A stretch of 64,000 bases of DNA, taken from NCBI RefSeq assembly GCF_009914755.1, contig NC_060934.1; one strand, written 5' to 3'. Positions 14,430 to 29,399 of the stretch are shown piece after piece. The translations under genes were made by a program, and so were the position numbers. The stretch comes from the human T2T-CHM13v2.0 reference genome, Homo sapiens. The notes under the pieces are model-generated. The model was not told the DNA's origin. It ran no database searches and saw only the letters and a list, made by a program, of their open reading frames with translations. How positions within the stretch are numbered: the stretch's first letter is position 1; every line of letters starts with the position of its first letter.

Positions 14430-14714
14430 GTTTTTTGTTTGTTTTGGGGGGCAGATTTTGTTTGTTTGTTTTCATTTTTTTGAGATAGGGTCTCACTCTG
14501 CCACCCAGGCTGGAAGACAGTGATGTGATCATGGCTCACCGCAACCTTGAACTACTGGGCTCAGGTGATTCTCCCACTTCAACCTCCTGAGTAGCTGGGA
14601 CTGCAGGTGTGCACCACCATGCCTAATATAAATATATATATATACACACACATACATATACACACAGACACACACACACACACACATATAGAGAGAGAGC
14701 CACTGCGCCTGGCC
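14430..14714 (-). mobile_element. AluJ with linker microsatellite and deleted left arm
   Basis: Right arm 14481-14625, then (TA)(CA)(GA) repeat, then only GAGCCACTGCGCCTGGCC; AATAGTTTT flanks both sides. Confidence 0.85.
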
Positions 14715-15591
14715 TAAATAGTTTTATTTTGAAATAATTTTAGATTTATAGAAATGTTCTAAGATAGTAAAAATAAATTCCATGTACTCTTCACCTAGCT
14801 TCTCCTAATATTAACACCTTAAATAACTGTAGGATCTTCATCAAAGCTAAATTAACATTGGTACAATACCATTAACTAAACTACAGGTTTATTTTCCCAG
14901 TTTCTTAAGTAATGTCCTTTTTCTGTTCCAGGATCTGTTGGAGGATACTACTTGACATTTCATTGTCATGTTGCTCTGTCTTGCCTTCTCTTTTGTGGCC
15001 TTGACACTTATGAAGAGTAGAGGTCAGATAGTTTGTAGGATATCTTTCAATTTGAGTTTATCTGTTGTTTCCTTGTAATTAGACTGAAATTATGGGGTTT
15101 TGAGAATACCACCACTGAGGTGATTTTGCTTTCCCAATGTATCACATCAAGGTGTACATAGTATCAATCTGTTACTGTTAGTGTGAACCTTGAACATCAA
15201 GTTAAGGTGGTGTCCATTGGGTTTCTCCATTGTCTATTTGTTCCTTTCCATATACAGTTCATTAGAAATGAATCACTAAATCCACCCCACACTTGGGGGT
15301 GGGGGGGTAAATACAAAATGAATAGTGTTTAGAAACCTCATAGAGGAAGGATATAGCCACCACAGTAATTAATAAATATTAGTGGAGAGATATTATGAAA
15401 TTATGCAAATATTCTAGTTTTTTAAAGTTTTACCCACTGATTTATAGCATTTATTAGTGGATATTGCCTATACCAATTACAACTATGGTGTTCTAATGGT
15501 GATTTTCTATTTCCCTCATTTATTCTATATTTAATAATTCAAATTCTTTAAGGAAGATTTGTCTCTTTGCTTCCATTTTTAATATTCTTTA

Positions 15592-15870
15592 ATTTTTTTT
15601 TCGAGATGGGTTCTCACTCTATATCTCAGGTTGGAGTGCAGTGGTGTGATCGTGACTCACTGCTGCCTCAACCTTCTGGGCTCAAGTGATCTACCTGAGT
15701 AGCTAGGACTATAGGCATGTGCCACCACGCCCAATTAACTAATTCTTTTTTTAAGAGGCAGGGCCTCACTGTGTTACCGAGCCTAGTCTCAAATGCCTGA
15801 ACTCAAGTGATCTTCCCTCCTCAGCCTCCCAAAGTGCTGAGATCACATGTGTGACCCACCACACCTAGAC
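15592..15870 (-). mobile_element. AluJ
   Basis: Reverse dimer with a small internal deletion. Confidence 0.9.
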
Positions 15871-15897
15871 TGTATTCGTTTTTTACAAATTCAGTAG

Positions 15898-16291
15898 TCT
15901 TTTCTTTTCTTTCTTTCTTTTCTTTTCCTTTATTTTCTTTCTTTCTTTTTCTCTCCCCCTTTCCTCTCCTTTCCTTCCCTTCCCTTCCCTTTCTTTCCTT
16001 TCTTTCCTTTCTCTCCTTTCTCCCTCCCCTCCCCTCATTCTCTCTGTGTCATCCAGGCTGGAGTGCAGTGGCGAGATCATGGCTCGCTGAAACCTCAGCA
16101 TCCTGGGCTTAATTGATCTCCCACCTTAGGCTCCCATGTGTGTGGGTGTGTGTGTGTGTGTTTGCATGTGTATGTAGATGGAATTTCACTGTGTTGCCCA
16201 GGCTGGTCTTGAACCTTCTAGGCTCAAGCAATCCTCACAACTCGCCCTTCCAAAGTGCTGGAATTACAGGCCTGAGCCACTACACCTGGTT
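15898..16291 (-). mobile_element. AluJ with about 140-bp CT-rich tail and (TG)n replacing the linker
   Basis: Pyrimidine tract 15898-16040; Alu arms flank a TG repeat at 16137-16175. Confidence 0.85.
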
Positions 16292-16313
16292 TGTTTCCAT
16301 TTTTCATAAATTC

Positions 16314-16636
<323 letters not shown>

Positions 16637-16895
16637 CCCTTAATTGTCATTTATATCAATAGGGCTCATGGATATTTATTTAGTTCTTTGGGTTATAATC
16701 TAAAACTGTGTCACTTTTACTACTCAAATTCGAGATTTAACTATTGAGAGCTTTGTCACATTGGCTTCTGTATCATTGTGACAGACCTGTCATCTTTTTA
16801 TTACTTTCTTACTTTCTGGCACTACAAGATCATCTAGACTTTCTGTACCCCAGCTTGTTTCTCCAAGGATCACTGGTTCACTTTATCAAAGAGAA

Positions 16896-17323
16896 GGACC
16901 AGGCATGGTGACTCAATTCTCTAATCCTAACACTTTGGGATGCTGAGACAGAAGGATCACATGAGGCCAGGAGTTTGAGACCAGCCTGGACAATGTAGTA
17001 AGACCCCCATCTCTTAAAAAAAAAATTAGCCAGGCATAGTGACATGTGCCTGAGACCTAGCTACTTGGGAGGTTTAGGCAGGAGAATTGCATGAGCCCAG
17101 GAGGTTGAGCCTGTGTGAGCCATGATCATGACACTGCACTCCAGCCTAGGTGACAGAGCAAGGCCCTGTCTCTAAACAGAGAAAGAGAGAGAAAGAGAGA
17201 GCGAAGAGAGAAAGAGAGAAATAAAAGAAGAAAAGAGAGAGAGGGAGAAAGAGAAAGAAAAGAAAGAAGAGAAGAGAGAAAAAGGAGGGAGAGGGAGGGA
17301 GGGAGGGAAGGTAGGTGGGAAGG
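16896..17323 (+). mobile_element. AluJ with about 150-bp GA-rich tail
   Basis: Dimer to 17172, then a purine tract including (GGGA)n. Confidence 0.9.
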
Positions 17324-17678
17324 TGTTTCAAAACCAGCATCTGAGCACTGTTTTCTCGTAAGCTACTGGCAGTAATTGCTTCTAGGTTCTCTCAGCAGAT
17401 AGAATTAGGAAATATGCTTATGTCTGCTAACTCATGTATACATAGACACACATTGTATTTAATCCTGTTACCTATGTGTGTTTATAATATATATAAAATC
17501 GTGAGTTTATAATGGTATCTCTTACTCTAATTCAGTACCACAGAGTTCATGCTAGCATTTCCCTTTGACTTATTTTAACTTCCTTCTCTGATAGTGAGAA
17601 AGCTGGCTCTGATTATTTGACATGTATTTACTTATTTATGCAAACCTAGTATACATATAAAGTCGTTTAAAAATTGCT

Positions 17679-18021
<343 letters not shown>

Positions 18022-18657
18022 TTATATATAGTTCTTTTTGTCTTTAGCACTATAGTATGTAAAGGAAATACTGTTGGCTACAGTTATTTAGGGTCTTTTC
18101 ATTCCCACCACTTTCAGTAAGTTTATTTCATACATATTTAATACATTTAGACTAATTTATCACAGTTTGCATTCCATCTTGGGTTCCCTTAACATCCTAA
18201 TTGATATTTTTAAATTAGTATTTGCTGAAAGAAACCTAAAATATTGCTCCTTTACGGTAGTTGGTCCCTTCCACCTGCCAACCATGGGAAAAGTTAATCT
18301 GTTTTTCATCTCTGTAGTTTGGCATTTTCTAGAATGTCACATACATGAAATTATAAAATATGTAGACTAGTGGTTCTGGCTTTTTTTTACTTAGCAAAAT
18401 TCATTTAAGATTCATTCTTATTGTGTGAATCAAGTTTGTGTTTAGTATGTAAAATATATAGTTTAAACCAGATATTTTGGGGCTGATTTCTGTTATTGTA
18501 TGGTATGCTTTCTGTACTATGAGGATTTTTTAATTTGTTTCTATCTTTTGCCATATCCTCCCACTTTGGTTTGTGTGTATGTTTCTTCCAATAATTTGTG
18601 AGACTTGTATTTTTATTCAAGTGACCACATTTAGATCTGTAACTTCATGTAACATGA

Positions 18658-18974
<317 letters not shown>

Positions 18975-19535
18975 AAGATTTTTTAAAAGATAATAAGTAT
19001 TCTTTTTCGGGGAATTCTTCATTCTCTTTTCCTAGAAGATTTTTCTTTCCCTTAGTGTTTTTAAGAATACTTAGACCTCAATTACATGATTTATCAGCTT
19101 TTCAGGATCTCCTTGACCCCTGGCTATAAAAGATGAGGAAATCTTTCTTACCCTCATAGTCTCACACCTTCCCTCTCCCAATTACTCTATTTTGTATATT
19201 TGTTCCTGAGATTTATAACATTTATATTGTTCTGTAACCAAACATATTCTCCTCCCTCCTGCAAATTTTTGATCTTATTCATAACAGTTAAAAGGCAATA
19301 AACAGAATCAATGTTTATAGCTAAGCCTTTCATAATAGTCATTTTATCTCTTGGTTTGCTGAGGTTTGTTCTGGTGGTTTCTTCAGAAAGTCACATAGAA
19401 ACTATATTTCCCAAATTATTTTATGTTCTAAATTTTGTCTCTTCATTTATACTTACATGGTAGTTTGACCAGATACAAAATTAACTAGGCTATCTTTCCT
19501 TGAGGAGGTAATAGACATTGCTCTTTTATTATAGG

Positions 19536-19675
19536 GTTTTTTGGTTTGTTTGCTTTAATGAGATAGGGTCTCACTTTGTTGTCTATGCTGATCTCCAACT
19601 CCTGGCTTCAACCAATTCTACTGCCTCAGCCTCCCAAAGCACTGGGATTATAGGCATTAGCCACTATACCCAGCC
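19536..19675 (-). mobile_element. FLAM / Alu left-arm monomer
   Basis: Left arm only. Confidence 0.8.
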
Positions 19676-19687
19676 TATCTTAGAACT

Positions 19688-19988
<301 letters not shown>

Positions 19989-20477
19989 AATTCTTTAAAT
20001 GATACTTTGAAGAACCTGAGCACGCACATATATTTCTTCCCTCTTTGTTAGTAACTCTCAGTTCCTTATCTAGCTTTATTTTTCTGTCACCTGGTGTATA
20101 TATTCCTTGGATTATTTGTTTGCTGTCATCTCCATCTATAGAATGCAACTATCAATAGTAAAGGGATTTGGTCTGATTTGTTCTCTGTTGAATTCCAAAT
20201 AGCTTGTTAGTGTTTAATACTTAGCATATAGCTAATACACATTTATTGAATTAATAAGGTCAGAATTCATGATTCTGCCCCATTCTCCATCCTTATAAGT
20301 ACTTTGATGGGTTTGATTGCTTACAAAAGGATTCGTTTCACATTTTGAATTCCCGTGCCTTTACTCAGATATGTCTTGGTCTTCACTACTGTGTGTCAGT
20401 GTTGTGCTCTTTCCAACTATATTTTTCTGTGCTATTTCTAGAAAGTTCTTCCACATGTATCTTTTTTTAAAAAATAT

Positions 20478-20761
20478 TTTTTTGAGACAGGGTCTTACTC
20501 TGTCTCCCAGGCTGGAGTGCAGTGGCATGATCTCTGCCCACTGCGACCTCTGCCTCCTGGTCTCAAGTGATCCTCCCACCTCAACTTCCCAAGTAGCTGG
20601 AACCACAGGCACGTACCACCACACCTATCTAGTTTTTGTATTTTTTGTAAAGACGTGGTTTCACCAGTTGCCCAGGCTGGTCTCAACACCCGGGACTAAG
20701 CAGAGCTCACCTCGGCCTCCAAAAGTGCTAGGATTACAGGCATGACCCATCGTGCCCAGCC
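20478..20761 (-). mobile_element. AluJ
   Basis: Reverse dimer. Confidence 0.9.
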
Positions 20762-21673
20762 TCACATATCTTTATATTAGGATTGCAGCTTCTGTTTTCT
20801 ACTATTCCCACTGGCCTGGTTTATCATTCTCTATCTCTTTTAGCCACTTTGTTTTTTGTTGGTTTTTTTTTTTTTTTCATTTTTTTTCTCCCTACCCCTC
20901 TCTTTTAGCCACTTTGAATTGGTTTGTTTTAGTGTCTCTTTGCCATACAGCAGAGAATTTTCTTTTGCTTCCTGAGGCAATCTGAATATACTTTCATGTC
21001 AATAAGCTGCTGATATATTTGGCCTCAAACCTGTCATGTTATTCTATAATTACTAAATATATATGTATACTGTTTTTCTGTGTGATTTATTATCTCTGCT
21101 GTTTTTAAATTTTTTATTCTGGCATTTTGGAAAGGTTTATATTTCTTTTCTAGCCATTAGCTTTTCTTTTAAGTGTGCTTTTTATGGTGGCCTTAATCCC
21201 CATTTTTCTTATAACATTCTACTCTCCAATCAGTTTTAAATGATATCCTTTGATTCTCACCTATTATCTATACAACAGTGATTTTATTCTGCATTTTTCT
21301 CTCACTTCTTTGTTTTAAAATTGTATTACTTCTACTTTGTCAGAATATGCAGTGCTTACAAACTATGTTCTTTCCATCCTTTTTAATTTATAATTATAAT
21401 TATCTTATTAAATGTAATGAGGTTTACCAACAACAGTCCTGTGTTTGAGTTTTCCCCCAATCATGCTTGGATGAAGCTTATCTTCTAATACATTTCTCAG
21501 GAAAGGCGTATGTGTACAGTATCCTCTGTGTTCTTTTTTTTCTATTACTTTATACTTTTTCCTACACAAAGACAGCTTGGCTGCATATAAAATCCTTGAC
21601 TTTATTTCTTGGAAATAATGTTCTAGTTTTGTCTTGCTTTGTGTTTTGCTCTTGAAGTCTAAGGCAGCCTAAT

Positions 21674-22049
21674 TTTCTTTCTTTCTTTCTTTCTTTCTTT
21701 TTTTTTTTTTTTAAAGAGACAGAGTCTCACTCTGTCACCCAGGCTGGAGTGCAGTGTGGTATGATCATACTTTACTACAGCCTTGATCTCCTCAGCTCAA
21801 ACAATCATCCAACCACAGCCTCCTGAGTAGCTGGGACTACAGGCATGTGCCACCATACCTGGCTAATTTGTTGTTTTTTGTTGTTTATTTGTTTGGTTGG
21901 TTGGTTGGTTTTGTTTTTGTTTGTTTTTTGTAGAGACAGGGATCCTGCTATGTTGCCCAGGCTGTTCTCAAACTCCAAGCCTCAAATGATCCTCCCACCT
22001 CAGCCTCCCAAAGTTTTAGGATTATAGGCATGAGCCACCACACCCAGTC
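21674..22049 (-). mobile_element. AluJ with (TTTC)n tail and expanded TTG/TTGG linker
   Basis: TSD AGCCTAATTTTCTT. Confidence 0.92.
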
Positions 22050-23564
22050 CCTAGCCTAATTTTCTTATTCTTATTTTTCTAATTTCTTACTCTTAATTTT
22101 ATCTTTTTGCCTGTAGGCCTGAAAATACTGTTTCATCATTAAGGTCTAATAATTTTACCAGGATGTGTCTTAGACCTTTCTTGTTTGGGGTCAGTTTTTC
22201 CAGGTATGCAATAATAAGCTGGAAATATAGTTTCTAGCTTATAGAGTAATATGGTAGCTCATGCCTTGCACATGCTTTTACACCAGCAGCACATCTTTTA
22301 AATGTGTAGATTTAAATTTTCATCTATTTCTGGAAAGTTTTCTTAGACTATATTTTAAATATACTATTCCATTGCGTTATTTTTTCCTCAAGGATTCTGT
22401 GTTTATGTTGGATCTTCTTTTCCTGTCTTCCATTTCATCTACTTTCTCTCTTTGTTATGTCTTTCTTCTCTCATTTTCATTCTTTTGGTTGTTTGCCTTC
22501 ATTTTTTCAGTGTACCTTTTTAGATTTTCACTTTATTAATGTATTCAGCATGGTGCACTTTGTAATTTATTTCTGGGATTGTTTTTTCCTTTTATTGCAT
22601 TTCTTCCCTGATTACTTTGTCCTAGTAATGTTGAAGACATGGTCATATATTGTTTTATTTGTACTTCTTGTGGCTTATTGAGAGAATACGAAGATAAATT
22701 TGGTTTCAGATTATTGCCATTATCCTGAAATAGATTTTGAACTGTTTTTCTGTGCTACTACTTTGTTACTCTAATTTAGGAATGCCATTTATATTATCTT
22801 AGATTCACTTTTCCTCTTGTTCTGTCCTTTTCTCACCAATTTATTTTATTACCTTTGTTAGTTCCTATTTCATTTTGCTTGCTTTACACAGTCCTGACCT
22901 CCATTTTATTTACTATATTTTTATCAGTGTTTTTTTCTCCATTTCTTTGATGGTTGCATTTTTCTTTCACACTCTCTTGAGCCCAGCCAGTTTGTGTTTC
23001 ACCATCTGTTAATATGTTTAATTATAACTTCTCTATACTTTAGTGTCTCTGCTTAATAGGGATAATTGCTTCATGAATTTTGTCCATGCATTTGCTTATA
23101 ATTGATGTGTGTTCCATTACTATATATTTCTGTTAAATGTCTTGTATGTGTCATTTACTTTGCTACTTTTTTTTTCTTCTGTCCTCATACAAATTCTGTT
23201 CTGGTTCCTTTTTCATTTCTCATCTTCGAATATGGTATTTTCCTACATTAGCTATTTTACATGAGGTTTAATTAAGGAAGGGGTTACACATGTATTTCAT
23301 ACTATGAAGAATTGTCCATATGATGCACATATGCCAGTTCAATTAATGGTCTTAACTCAGGACAATACAAATAGTACCTATTGTTTCCTACCACTATTCC
23401 TAAGCACCTTATATCAGATTTTCTTTTCCTTAACCCTTGGAGACATCTAGGGAAGATTCATCGTAGTTTTTAGTCACTTTCAGCTGTTAAGGAAATTGCC
23501 CTGCTTTTGGTTATTTAAACAAATTTTAAGTCTGTTGTTAAAAATGTCAGTCTTAAACTGTGTT

Positions 23565-25898
23565 TGTATTAGTCCTTTCTTGCACTACTATGAAGAAATA
23601 CCTGAGACTGGGTAATTTATAAAGAAAAGAAGTTTAGTTGGTTTATGGTTCTGCAGGCTCTACAGGAAATGTGGCTGGGGAGGCCTCAGGAAACTTTCAA
23701 TCATGGCAGAAGGGGAAGCAGGCACATCTTACATGGCTGGAGCAGAAGGAAGTGAGACAAGGGGGAGACGCTACACACTGTTAAACAACTATAGCTCATT
23801 GAAAACTCATGCACTATCACAAGAACAGCAAGGGGAAAAATCCACCCTCATGATCCAATCATCTCCCACCAGGCCTCTCTTGCAACATTGGGGATTACAA
23901 TTTGACATGCAGCTTGGGTGGGGACACAGAACTAAACCATATCATTCTGCCCCTGGCTTCTCCCAAATCTCATGTCTTTCCTACAGTGCAAAATAGAATC
24001 ATCCCTTCCCAACAGTCCCCCAAGACTTAACTCATCTCAGCATTAACTCAAAAGTCCACAATCTGAAGTCTAATCAGAGACAAGGCAATCTCTTCCACCT
24101 CTGAGCCTGTAAAATACAGTTAGTTACTTCCATGATACAATGGAGATACAGGCATTGGGTAAATCCCTGTTCCAAAAGGGATAAATCAGCCAAAAGAGAG
24201 GGGCTACAGGCCCCATGCAAGTCCGAAACCCAGCAGGGCAGTCATTAAATCTTTAAACTCCAGAATAATCTTTGACTCTATGTCTCACATTCAAGCCACA
24301 CTGATGCAACGAGTAGGCTCCCAAGGGCTTGGGCAGTTCTGCGTCTGTTGCTCTGCAGGGCTCAGCTCCCATGTCAGCTCTCAAGGGCTGGCGTTGAATG
24401 CCTGCAGCTTTTCCAGGTGCATGATGCAAGCTGTCGGTGGACCTACCATTTTGAGGTCTGGAGGACAGTGGCCCTCTTCTCACCGTTCCAATAGGCAGTT
24501 TCCCAGTGGGGACTCTGTATGAGGACTCCAACCCCACATTTCTCCTTTGCATTGCCCTAGTAGAGGTTCTCCATGAGGGTTCACCCCTGCAGCAAACTTC
24601 TGCCTGGACATCAGGTGTTTCCATACGTCCTCCGAAATCTAGGCAGAGGCTCCCAAGCCTCATCTCTTGCCCTCTGCATACCCACAGGCTAAACACTAGG
24701 TAGAAGCTGCCAAGGCTTACAGCTTGCACCCTCTGGAGCAGTGGCCTGAGATGTATCTGGGGCTCTTTTTTCCATGGCTGGGACGCAGGGAGCAGTATCA
24801 AGGTTGCACAGGGCAGCTGGTCCCTGAGCCTGGCCTAGGAAAGCACTCTTCGCTTTTATGACTCTGGGCTGGTGATGGGAGGGGCTGCTGCAAATGTCTC
24901 TGAAATACCTTAGCAGCATTTTCCCCACTGTCTCGGCTATTAACATTTGGCTCATTTTTACTTATGCAAATTTCTACAGCCAACTTAAATTCCTGCCCAG
25001 AAAATTTCTCTTTTCTACCACACGGTCAGGCTGTACATTTTCCAAACTTTCCAAATTCTGTTTCCCTTTTAAATATAAGTTCCAGTTTCAGATCATCTCT
25101 TTGCTCACATATATGAGCATATGCTGTTAGAAGCAGACAGGATACATCTTGAATGTTTTGCTGCTTAGATATTTCTTCTCCCAGATACCATAAATCATCT
25201 CTCTCAAGTTCAAAGTTCCACATTTCCCTAAAGAAGGAGCACAATGCTGCTAGTCTCTTTGATAAAGCATAGCAAGAGTGACCTTCACTCCATTTGCCAA
25301 GAAGTTCCTCATCTCCATCTGAGACCTCCTCAGTCTGGACTTGACTGTCCATAGCACTATCAGCATTTAGGTTACAACCATTTAACAAGTCTCTAGGAAG
25401 TTCCAAACTTACCCGTATCTTACTATATTCTTATGAGCCCTCCAAACTGTTTCAACCTCTGTGTGTTACACTGTTCCAACGTTGCTTCCACATTTTCAGT
25501 CATCTTTATAGCCATGCCCCAGTCGTAGGTACCATTTTTCCGTATTAGTTTGTTCTCGTACTGCTATAAAGAACTACCTGAGACTGGGTACCTTAGAAAG
25601 AAAAGAGGTTTAATTGGCTCATAGTTCCGCAGGCTCTACAGGACATATGGCTTGGGAGGCCTCAGGAAACTTACAATCATGGCAGAAGGGGAAGCAGGCA
25701 CATCTTAAATGGCTGGAGCAGAAGGAAGAGAGACAAGAGGGAGGTGCTACACACTGTTTAACATCCAGATCTCATTGAGAACTCGCTCATTATCACAAGA
25801 ACAGCAAGAGGGATATCTGCCCCACTAGGCCCCTCTTCTAACACTGGGGATTAAAATAAACACGTGATTCGGATGGGAACACAAATCTAAACCTATCA
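23565..25898 (-). mobile_element. Complete MSTA-type MaLR: 3' LTR 23565-23944, internal region 23945-25540, 5' LTR 25541-25898
   Basis: Two homologous LTRs (TGTATTAG...ATCA), polypurine tract next to 23945, 5-bp TSD GTGTT at 23560-23564 and 25899-25903. ORFs at 24253-25406 are MaLR-internal remnants. Confidence 0.93.
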
Positions 25899-25974
25899 GT
25901 GTTTACATTTTTTATTTTTATTATTTTTATTACAAAGCTCAGCTTTCCAATATACTCTGCTTATAAACTGAAAT

Positions 25975-26936
25975 TTTTAATATTATTTAAAATGTCAATT
26001 CTCCCTACAGTGAGCCATAGAATCAATGCCTTTCCAACCAAAAAACAAGATTTTTGTGAAACTTTACCATACATTTCTATGGAAAAGCAAAACGGCAAGA
26101 ATATTCAAACTACTCCTGAAGAGGGACAACAAAGTGGGATGTAGCCTACCATATATCTGAACATTCTGTGATTTTTGTAATATAGCAGTTCGCTATTAGG
26201 ACAGTGGTAGACCAGTGTAATGGGACAGAGAGGACAGAGACAGATGCCTTCATTTCCATAAGGAAATGGTTGATTATTCAATAAATGGTGCTGCGATAAT
26301 TATTTTTTCATAACAAAAAAGTGAAATCAAATTTCTGTTTTATACTATACACAAAAATCAATTTCAGGTGAATTATAGATCTAAATATGAAGGTAAAATG
26401 ACAGAGCTTTTGGAAGGTAACTTTTGAGAATATCTGTATGATCTCGGGGTGTGGAAAAATTTCTTAAGCAGGACACAAAAGCATAAAGGCAAAGACTAAT
26501 AAGTTGTACCACATTAAAATTAAGAGCCTTTGTTTATCAATAGGTACCTTTAAAAGATTAAAAGGCAAGCCACTGAGTAGGAGAAGACATGTGTGACACA
26601 AATAACCCAGAAAGAATTAATATCCATAATATATTTTCAAAATTTTAGTAATCAATATGGAAAAGACAACACAGAAGAAAAATAGTCAAAAGATACCAAC
26701 AGGAAATTTACCTTAGAAGAAAATCACATGTGTATTGAAGGAATGAAAAATTGTTCTACCTCATCATTAATTAGGGAAATGCATTAGCCGGGCATGGTGG
26801 CACATGCCTGTATTCCCAGCAATTCAGGAGGCTGAGACGGGAGTATTGCTTGAGCCCAGGATGTCAAGGTTGCAGTGTGGTATGATCTTACCACTGCACT
26901 CCAGCCTGGGTGACAGAGTGAGACCCTGTCTCAAAA

Positions 26937-26976
<40 letters not shown>

Positions 26977-27075
26977 CCTTTGAAAAATAAGGGAAATTCA
27001 AATGTAATCCACAATGAGGTATCATTTTATACCAGTTGATAAAAATTTTAAAGTCTAAAAATTTCAAATGCTGCA
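25975..27075 (+). mobile_element. Old L1M ORF2 3' fragment
   Basis: AAAATGTCAATTCTCCC, TTCAATAAATGGTGCTG, ATACACAAAAATCAATT. Confidence 0.8.
26786..26975 (+). mobile_element. FRAM / Alu right arm with (TAAA)n tail
   Basis: Right arm only; TAAA repeat 26934-26975. Confidence 0.88.
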
Positions 27076-27169
27076 TAAAATTAGAATTACTGACTCTTAC
27101 ACACTTGAAGATACAAATTCCCTACTATCCCCAGAAAATGTTATTGCTTTTAGACACTAATTATATCCA

Positions 27170-27975
27170 ATATCTAGAACTTAGTCTAATAAACTATGAA
27201 CAAGGCCTCTACCAAGAACACTTAAAACATAATTGTGAGAACTTAAAATGTAAATGGAGGTGTGTTTTAAAGATGTTTATTTATTAGAAGACTCAATACT
27301 GTAAAGATGCAATATTTGTCCATTTTAGTCTGTAATTTCAATGCAATTCTGATTAAAATCCTAACAAGTAGGGGTGTATATGAGTGTAAATTGACAAACT
27401 CATTTTTATATGTTTTTGGAAAGTCAAAGGATAATAATAGCCAAGACCATCTTCAAGACAAATAAGATGGGAGAATTTACTGGTGATATGGTTAGGCTTT
27501 TTCTCCCATATCCCCAAATCTCATCTTGAATTGTAATCCCTATAATCCCCACGTGTCAAAGGAGAGACCTGGTGGGAGGTGATTGGATCATGGGGGCGGT
27601 ATCCTTCAGGCTGGTCTCATGATAGTAAGTGAGTTCTCATGAGATCTGATGATATTATAAGTGTAGTTGTCTTTTCCACACTTGCACGCTCTCTCTCTCT
27701 CTCGCCTGCCACCATGTAAGACGTGTGTCTTCCCCTTCTGCCATAATTGTAAGTTTCCTGAGGTCACTCTAGCCATGTGGAACTGTGAATCAATTAACTC
27801 TTTTTTCTTTAGAAAATACCCAGTCTTGGGCAGTACTTTATAACCGTGTGAGAACAGACTAATACAACTGGATATTGAGTCATCTTATAAAGTTAAAATA
27901 ATAAGACATTGTGACATTGGTGCAGTGATAAATAATGGAACAGAATAGGAAACCCAAAAACACACCAACAGGTAT
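27170..27975 (+). mobile_element. Second old L1M ORF2 fragment, split by a THE1-type LTR
   Basis: AGAAGACTCAATACTGTAAAGATG, AATAGCCAAGACCATCTT, AATGGAACAGAATAG. Confidence 0.75.
27484..27866 (+). mobile_element. THE1D/MSTA-type solo LTR
   Basis: TGATATGG...CTAATACA; TSD ACTGG. Confidence 0.92.
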
Positions 27976-28059
27976 AGTTTTCCATTTTGATTGTTCCTTT
28001 CATTAGATGTTTAAAACTTTATAATGAATATGTACTTTTAGTCAAAATTTATTTACTTG

Positions 28060-28300
28060 AGAAGCAAAGTGATGTATGGATTATGGCCTCTGAGGCTATA
28101 ATGTGAGTTTGACCCAAATAATGATCCAAATGTGAGTTCCAGTCCCAGTTTTGTCCTATACTACTAGCTGTTTGAGCGTATTCAACTGGTCTGTGGTTCT
28201 TAGTTTTTTTATCTTTAACACAAGATAATAAAATTACCTCTCAGAATTATGGTGAGAATTTGACATAACAAGTATAATCCTGCTGGCACATGCTGTTCCC
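28060..28300 (+). mobile_element. MIR
   Basis: Core-like TAGTTTTTTTATCTTTAACAC...TAAAATTACCTCTCAGAATTATGGTGAG. Confidence 0.65.
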
Positions 28301-29399
28301 TTGATGAGGGGAATTTGTTATTATGTTTCTTAGGAACACAAAACTTCTGTTTATTCTTGGTAAGAATTCATGTTTCCCAGATCTATGTGTACTATTTGTT
28401 ATATTTAAGGTTATCAAATTGTATCCTTGGTAATGGTTGCCACTGGATCTTTTTTGGAATATGTACAACTCCTTATTCAAAGTGGCTTTCTAATCATGAT
28501 TAGTTTTTTGTAGTTTTGGAAGAGCCATATTACTGCCCTGCATTCATAAAGCAGTCTTGTAAACACTGATTATGATAGTGTTTTGAAAAATTAAAAGCCT
28601 CCAAAATCACTAATTTTTAAAAAATAATGCAGTTAAATATAGAAAAGGATTAGCCATAGATATTTTGTAGTTAACCCTATTATCATTAACCTAAGTGAAT
28701 AGAACCTAATTTTTGTACTTGCTAATAATTGCTATTAAGAATTTTGTTAATCGTGTGTGGATTGGTGCTTGAGTTCAGAATGATTGATTGATAGGGGACA
28801 ACTCTAAGAAATATAGCACTTACATTAATGTTTTATTAAACAGAAAAAGCTTTAATGTTTTATTAAACAGATTTTAAGAGTTACAGTCTTAAAATCTTTA
28901 TTATTTATTTTATGAAATATTTCATTTTGTTTTTTTTCTGGGCACTTTAAAATTGAGATGAGGATGGTAGAATTTGCCAGTTTATTTTTTGGCTATTTTT
29001 TTTTTAACCCATCTTATTTTGAGAACGAATTTAGTAATATTTTTCTCAACATCCTGAAATTGTGTAACCTGTAGAAACTTCCCACTGTCTTTTTAAACTT
29101 ATTCTTAAATACCACATTTAATATAGGATAAATAAGTCACAAAGCTTGCTTATCAAAACAGAATATTGTATTCAGCTTTCCATCGGAGCTTTTGGGGAAG
29201 ACATCACAGTATTGTACTGTCTCCCAAGATGCAAAGTATCAGGCTTTAAATAATGAAAATAAGGGAAATGCCAATAGAAAATTAGAAAAAATGTTAGAAC
29301 AGTTAAAAACAGCATACTGAAGCCTGCATTATTTGGCTTATCTAAAAATCATATGTTTTCAACCAATCAGTACTTATAGTCATTCTATTTAATCTTTTA

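Noticed and set aside
24253-24801. Longest ORF (182 aa) as a domesticated gene
   Set aside because: It lies in the MaLR internal region among frameshifted neighbours and is a typical decayed remnant.
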